From: the human T2T-CHM13v2.0 reference genome, Homo sapiens
Length of the DNA: 64,000 nt
Reading direction: 5' to 3' (one strand)
NCBI RefSeq assembly: GCF_009914755.1
Contig: NC_060929.1
Part shown: positions 57,781 through 64,000 of the stretch, piece after piece
How positions within the stretch are numbered: position 1 is the stretch's first letter
Layout of the letters: the number at the start of each line of letters is the position of its first letter
The notes under the pieces: model-generated
What the model was told of the DNA's origin: nothing
Database searches by the model: none
The model's input: only the letters and a program-made list of their open reading frames with translations
Position numbers and translations under genes: made by a program

Positions 57781-60700
57781 CTAGAATCTGTCATTCAACC
57801 TTTTTGAGTGACAACTGAAATTGTAATTATGCTGTTAAAAGAGAACCGTATAAAATTGCACAATCGCTTGTCTTTGTCTTTCTTCCCTTCTCTCCCTTTT
57901 TCTCCCTTTCTTTTCCTTTTCTTTAGTGGGATCATTCATAAGAACATTGGGGGCAATTTTGGGACATGTTCATGAAAGGAAACTTATAGATATTTAAAGT
58001 GAATTTAAACATGCCTTCTAAAAACTCAGAAAGCTACTTGCTACTTAATGTCTGTAGAGACATAAGGCTTGAACAAAATCTCAGAATAAAGAGATCTCTG
58101 GGTTCATCCCCAGCAAGGGGACATCTCTGGCTGTGTTATTTACCTGCTGTTATCTGTTACTGTCCTCCAGTCTACCCCGTCTCCATGGTCTACACCCACG
58201 TGAGAATCAGTGGACAGAAAGAGATTTGATTTACACTGCTCATTAGGCTACCAGAGCCTCTTGGCTGAGCCAGGCGACCGAGATGAAAATTAGTGACAAA
58301 TCACAGCCCTGCTTCCTATAATGTGACAAAAGCAAGCCCCATAGCAGTAAAGGTTCTCATTAGGGCCCCTTTAAATGCTCAGACTGATTCTATTTTTTAA
58401 GTCACCAGAATAGTTAATACAATGTGTGGGACAACACGATTTCCATTGGGGCGCAATCAAAAAGAAAGCTACTTTCCATACTTTCTTTAATCTCTCTCCT
58501 CACATCAACCTGAAGCAGAGCGGAGGTACCCCTGGGATTCTTGCTCATCAGCCCTGCCTCCTACAAAAGGGAGATTTTTGCCTAGACAGCTCCAAAGAGT
58601 CTCGATTCAAAGGTAAAACAATTAGTACACATTAATCATCACAAGGATGGTACTAAAAGCATAATCCTCTTAGAACTGGAACAAATTAAATCCAAAGTAG
58701 CAACATAAAATCAAGCAGAAAAAACCACCAAGTGAAGGAAGCTGAGAGGACCCTGCTCTGATGCTCCAATTCCCATTGCCTAAGAGGGTGCCCAAGCATC
58801 CCTCATCTTTGGTCTTTTCACAAAAACTACACTGCCTTCTTCAGCTGCCTGTAAAACTCAAAAGCTCTTTGTGCTGGGGCCATGTAACCACCTCCTCAGA
58901 AATCGTGAAGTTCTGTGAACACCTACGAGTTGGAATTCCACAGGATGGGATCTGATTGATTTTCTAAAAGTGGACAGTTGCTCACAGAACCTGGAATAAA
59001 CCCACCAAGGACTTGTATGGGAGGAGAAAAAAAAAAACAAAAAACCTTCTTTTTCTGCAAAGGAGAATCTGCTTAAACTTCTAAATGAGGCCTGGACTAC
59101 GTTTGATTTTGACAAGGAATGGGTGCTCCCTTCGTACCCCACCTGATGACCCCTGCCTCCTTTTGTTAGTGTTTTTCTGAGCTTCAGTCTGTGAGGCTGG
59201 GAAGAAAAGCCACGTAATGAAATAAGTAGTGCTGCCAACACCCTCTGTAACAACTGCCAGGCATGTGGGATGGGCCCATCAATAAGAAAGATACAATATT
59301 ATCTTGAGGCCAATGATGAATGTTTGAAATCCAGGAAGGACAAAGGTATCCTTCTCACTTTGTCTTGGGGTGTCTTTCAAGAGACTCTGGATGTTCTCTT
59401 GATTTCTTTCCCTCCTTCCTTTTCACATTTTCCCAGGTTCCCAGCTATATACTATAGTTTTCCTTGTTCTAGAAACAGTCTCATTTCAAGTATACACCTT
59501 TCTTCGTGGAAATAACCAGGCTCTTTTTCTCTGAATCTTCAGGGTGTCAGAGTAACAATGGGGCACCAACAAACTCATGAACTTCTCTCTTGTTCTCACA
59601 TAGCCTAACTGATGCACTGTTATGTGAGAAGACCTCCTTCCCACCAGAAGTGAGAGAGGGAGGGTCAGAGGAAATTAAGAGAACACAGAGCCCATCTTGC
59701 CACCAAAGGAACATGGAACTTGCTATGTTATTTGCACACTAAAAGAGAATTATAAAAGATAGGACCATGCTTAAAACAAGGAATTACTGGTGGACTTTCA
59801 TGTCAGTGTGGGAAATATTGGAGATAAATGTATCTTCCCAGAACCCATACATCCTGCTTATAAAATTGGAACCTCTTCAGATATAATCAGATTCCTTACT
59901 ATGAGAGTAACCCAATTTACAAATCCAGTTCCTGTAATTTATGTTGAAGCTATTAATATTTACTTGCCCAGAATTTTTAACTATCCATTTTTTTTCTCAT
60001 CTTTCTCCACTTTCCTCCTCTCAGTATACAACCACTGGAAACGAATTACATAATGCTAGGAAAAAGGCCAAGGAGTCATTGGCCTGAGTTGAGACTCATC
60101 CTTGCAAACACCCCAGAGTTCTCCTATCTCAGTGCTGTTTGTCTGTAGGATGGATTAGGGAGGTGTTCGTTTATCCACCCACGGCAGAGTGCAGGTTATG
60201 TGATTGTGAACCTTGTGACATTTCCAAGATGGAACATATTCAGCTTTTGATGAGATTATTAGCTTTCCCCTTGTCCGAGTCTAACAAATGAAAACCAGAT
60301 TTGCATGTATAAATAACAATCAAGCGCTGAAATGATTTACTTAGTAAAGTTACTGTTTTGGAAACTAAATCGATGTGTCATGTCAAGATCTGATCTGCCC
60401 TCCACTCACATGGCAAAGGAGACTTCTCCAGGGTCTACTAGAAAAAAAAAGTTGGAATCCTATTAATAGTTTACTCTTGTCACGTGAGAATTACAGTGGA
60501 GTTTAGCTATGAGAATAAAAGCTCAAAATAATGTTTCTGAAAACATCCTGATAGTAGCATGTGCTATTTCTTATTGTATTCAAGACACACATGAATAACT
60601 CTCCCCCAGAAGGAAAGGAAACAAAGCAAAGGGCAACATATTTTCCCACTGTGTAAATTTCCTTCCTTAAGTAGAAATAGTTAGAATTGGAAGGCAAATC

Positions 60701-61149
60701 CTATGGTCATTACATTTCAGAATGCGGACATGATGACAGCTTCAAAGGTGTGTCGGGCTACACTTGTGCGTGCTCTTTTTAAAAAAGACAATAGGCATTG
60801 AAAATTAAGCACTGCATCAAAGCCTTCCAATTCTATTGAGACGAGTCTATAAAAAACTAAGGGATGCAGGGATATTTCTGTGTAAATTACGTGGAGGGTT
60901 CAGTGTATGGGAATCATGGTCTAGAATGCTCCAGAGACCACATACAATTCTGCGTCTGAGTGGTATTGTCAGAGATGATGACTACGGCTAGTATGGAATC
61001 ATCTGCAGTTAATTCTAGTCACTGTCCTGGCATCAAATCAAGGCTTTTAGTTTGAATTAACTCTCTAAATGTTCAGAGACCTCACTGTAAAGCCACTAAA
61101 TATAAAATGAACTGGAATAGTTGATAGTACTGAACTGGAGCCCGTTTAG

Positions 61150-61390
61150 AGTCCAAAGACCAGAGGGCAGAGTAAAATGGGAAAAGATCAATCATTTAGA
61201 CCAAATCCCAGTTCTTTTCTTTACCAGCTGAACGGCTTTGAGATAAATAGTCTAATTTTTTTAAGCCCCAGTTTCTTCATTTGCAAAATGGAAACAGTAA
61301 TATCTAACTTGCAAGGGTATTGAGAACTTCAGAGAAACTGCAAGTGAAGTTCTGGGCACATTGTAGACACTCAATAACTAGTATTATTTT
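61150..61390 (+). mobile_element. MIR SINE
   Basis: AAATCCCAGTTCT...CAGTTTCTTCATTTGCAAAATGGA...GTAGACACTCAATAA. Confidence 0.7.
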
Positions 61391-62453
61391 ATTTACTTAC
61401 TCAACTTATTTATTTATTATAGCATTCAATGCACCTCTCTATACTTAAAAGTCCTAACCTGGGGGCCTAAAGATATATGGGATCTAAATCCAAACCCCTC
61501 TACTGAAATTGTGTGCAAAGGCCTGGGCATAGGGACATTTTCTTGAAGATGAGTGTTCATAATTTTGTAATATTCTACAAGGGTCCATGATCAAAAGAAA
61601 GGTTAAAAGCCACTACTTTCCGATTTGGCTTCACCTATGTGTTGACCTCACAGCATGGAATGAAAACAAAAATATTTGTACTTCCTGATTCTTTCCCTCA
61701 GTTGTATGTATGCTGCGCCCAGTTGTTCTGTCTCCAATGTAAAGAAAAGTTCTGCGTATATATGGATACGTGGGTGTTCACATGGACATGCATGCTTGTG
61801 GGTTTAGGGGATGTTCATTTTATAATGAGCCACAAGTTTGCTGAGAAAGGGCAGAACAATTGTGGGACCAAAGTTGATGACAGATGTGACTGTGGGGAGG
61901 AGCCTGGGATACCGTGGGAAGAACACCAAGGGATGAGGCGGAAGGGACTTGGAGGGGAACAGAGTGGGGTAAAGCTAAGAGCCCTTAAGGGTTCATTTTG
62001 CCTGAGTACTCGGTGAACACAGAACCTGAGCGGACTTGTGGGAGGGTTGGTACTGGGAGCAGGTGACTGGGTGGCAGGAATGGAGAGGGAGTATGTGGGG
62101 AATCAGCAGGAAAGAATGTGTTCTTTCACTAAAGGAGTCACCATGACATGTTCTGGAAGAGAAAATAAATGCTGAAGTTAGAGGCAAATCTTACACATTA
62201 GATAAAAGAAGTCTTCATCCAGTAGGCAAAAGACTCACAGAGATTTAGGAAGAAACAAGAAAAAAATCTTGAATGTGTTGCTTCCTATTTCAGCTGGCTT
62301 TCCTTGGTCCAAATGCCAGTAGTTTCACTCTCTTTAGGGCCTTGCTTGGCTTAGGGCACAGTGGTGAGGCAGGCTTATGTGACACTAGAGGATAAACACG
62401 TCATACTGGGTGGCAGATGAAGTCAACAACTGGAGTTTAAAATATATGTATGT

Positions 62454-63345
<892 letters not shown>

Positions 63346-64000
63346 TATTCCTGGGGAAGTTGGAGCCAACTTACAAAATGCTAGGGCAAAAATTTAAGCA
63401 GCAGCAGAAGGGAAAGGAACTCAGATTTGAGGCTAAAGACTGATCCTGAGTCTCATGGCACCATTTCATAATATGCCCAAAGTGGATGTATGACATTTTA
63501 ACCCTGGACAGTACTCTGCCATGTTTTATTATTTCTCTGTACACCAGGCAGAGGAACTCCAAACAGAGAGGAGAGGTCAGCTTCAGAAATAAAACTATTG
63601 AGAGTGCTTTTATTTTTTTCTACACTAGTCCCACAGGTCTAAGAAAGTCAAGGACTTGATATTTACCATTCATTGGCTCTACACAAATGGGGATCTGCAC
63701 TCAGAAGCCACAGAAAAAGAAGAAAATGCAGTTCACCACCTCCCAGCAGTCCTGGTGGTGTAGGAGGATGCGCCGAGGCCAATCTTTGATGGCTGCTGGT
63801 TACTTCCTCATGAGCAGTGTTAGGCTGGGGACAGCAGGCCGGAAAGGAGTGCTTGGAGAGTGTCTTGACCTTCACAGATGTCTTGCAAAAGGAAGTCAGT
63901 ATATTGCGTATCTCTGAAGATGAGAATTTTGGTGAAGTTTCTGAAAGGTCACAGAGCTTCCGAATGCCCAACAGTTTGTCCAGTATTACACACTCTTCTG

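Overview
Primate (human-like) non-coding DNA, intergenic or deep intronic. I recognised no host protein-coding exon, RNA gene or CRISPR-type array. Bases 1-8283 are three minus-strand LINE-1 copies nested inside one another: an L1HS-like copy inside an older L1PA, inside a third L1PA. Both older 5'UTRs carry ORF0 homologues. The rest is typical mammalian repeat litter (Alus, MIR, L2, L3/CR1, MLT LTRs, hAT/Tigger MITEs, microsatellites) plus several repeat-poor, enhancer-like stretches. The standout is a ~1.5 kb minus-strand segment at ~34850-36345 that does not look like L1 at the DNA level. Its translation nonetheless reproduces, in order, about ten motifs of the L1 ORF2 reverse transcriptase and downstream region, with a YADD catalytic motif and two long, nearly open reading frames, i.e. 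a highly diverged, cryptic non-LTR RT fossil. All repeat family names were assigned by eye from remembered consensus sequences, and boundaries are approximate unless a TSD or junction is quoted.
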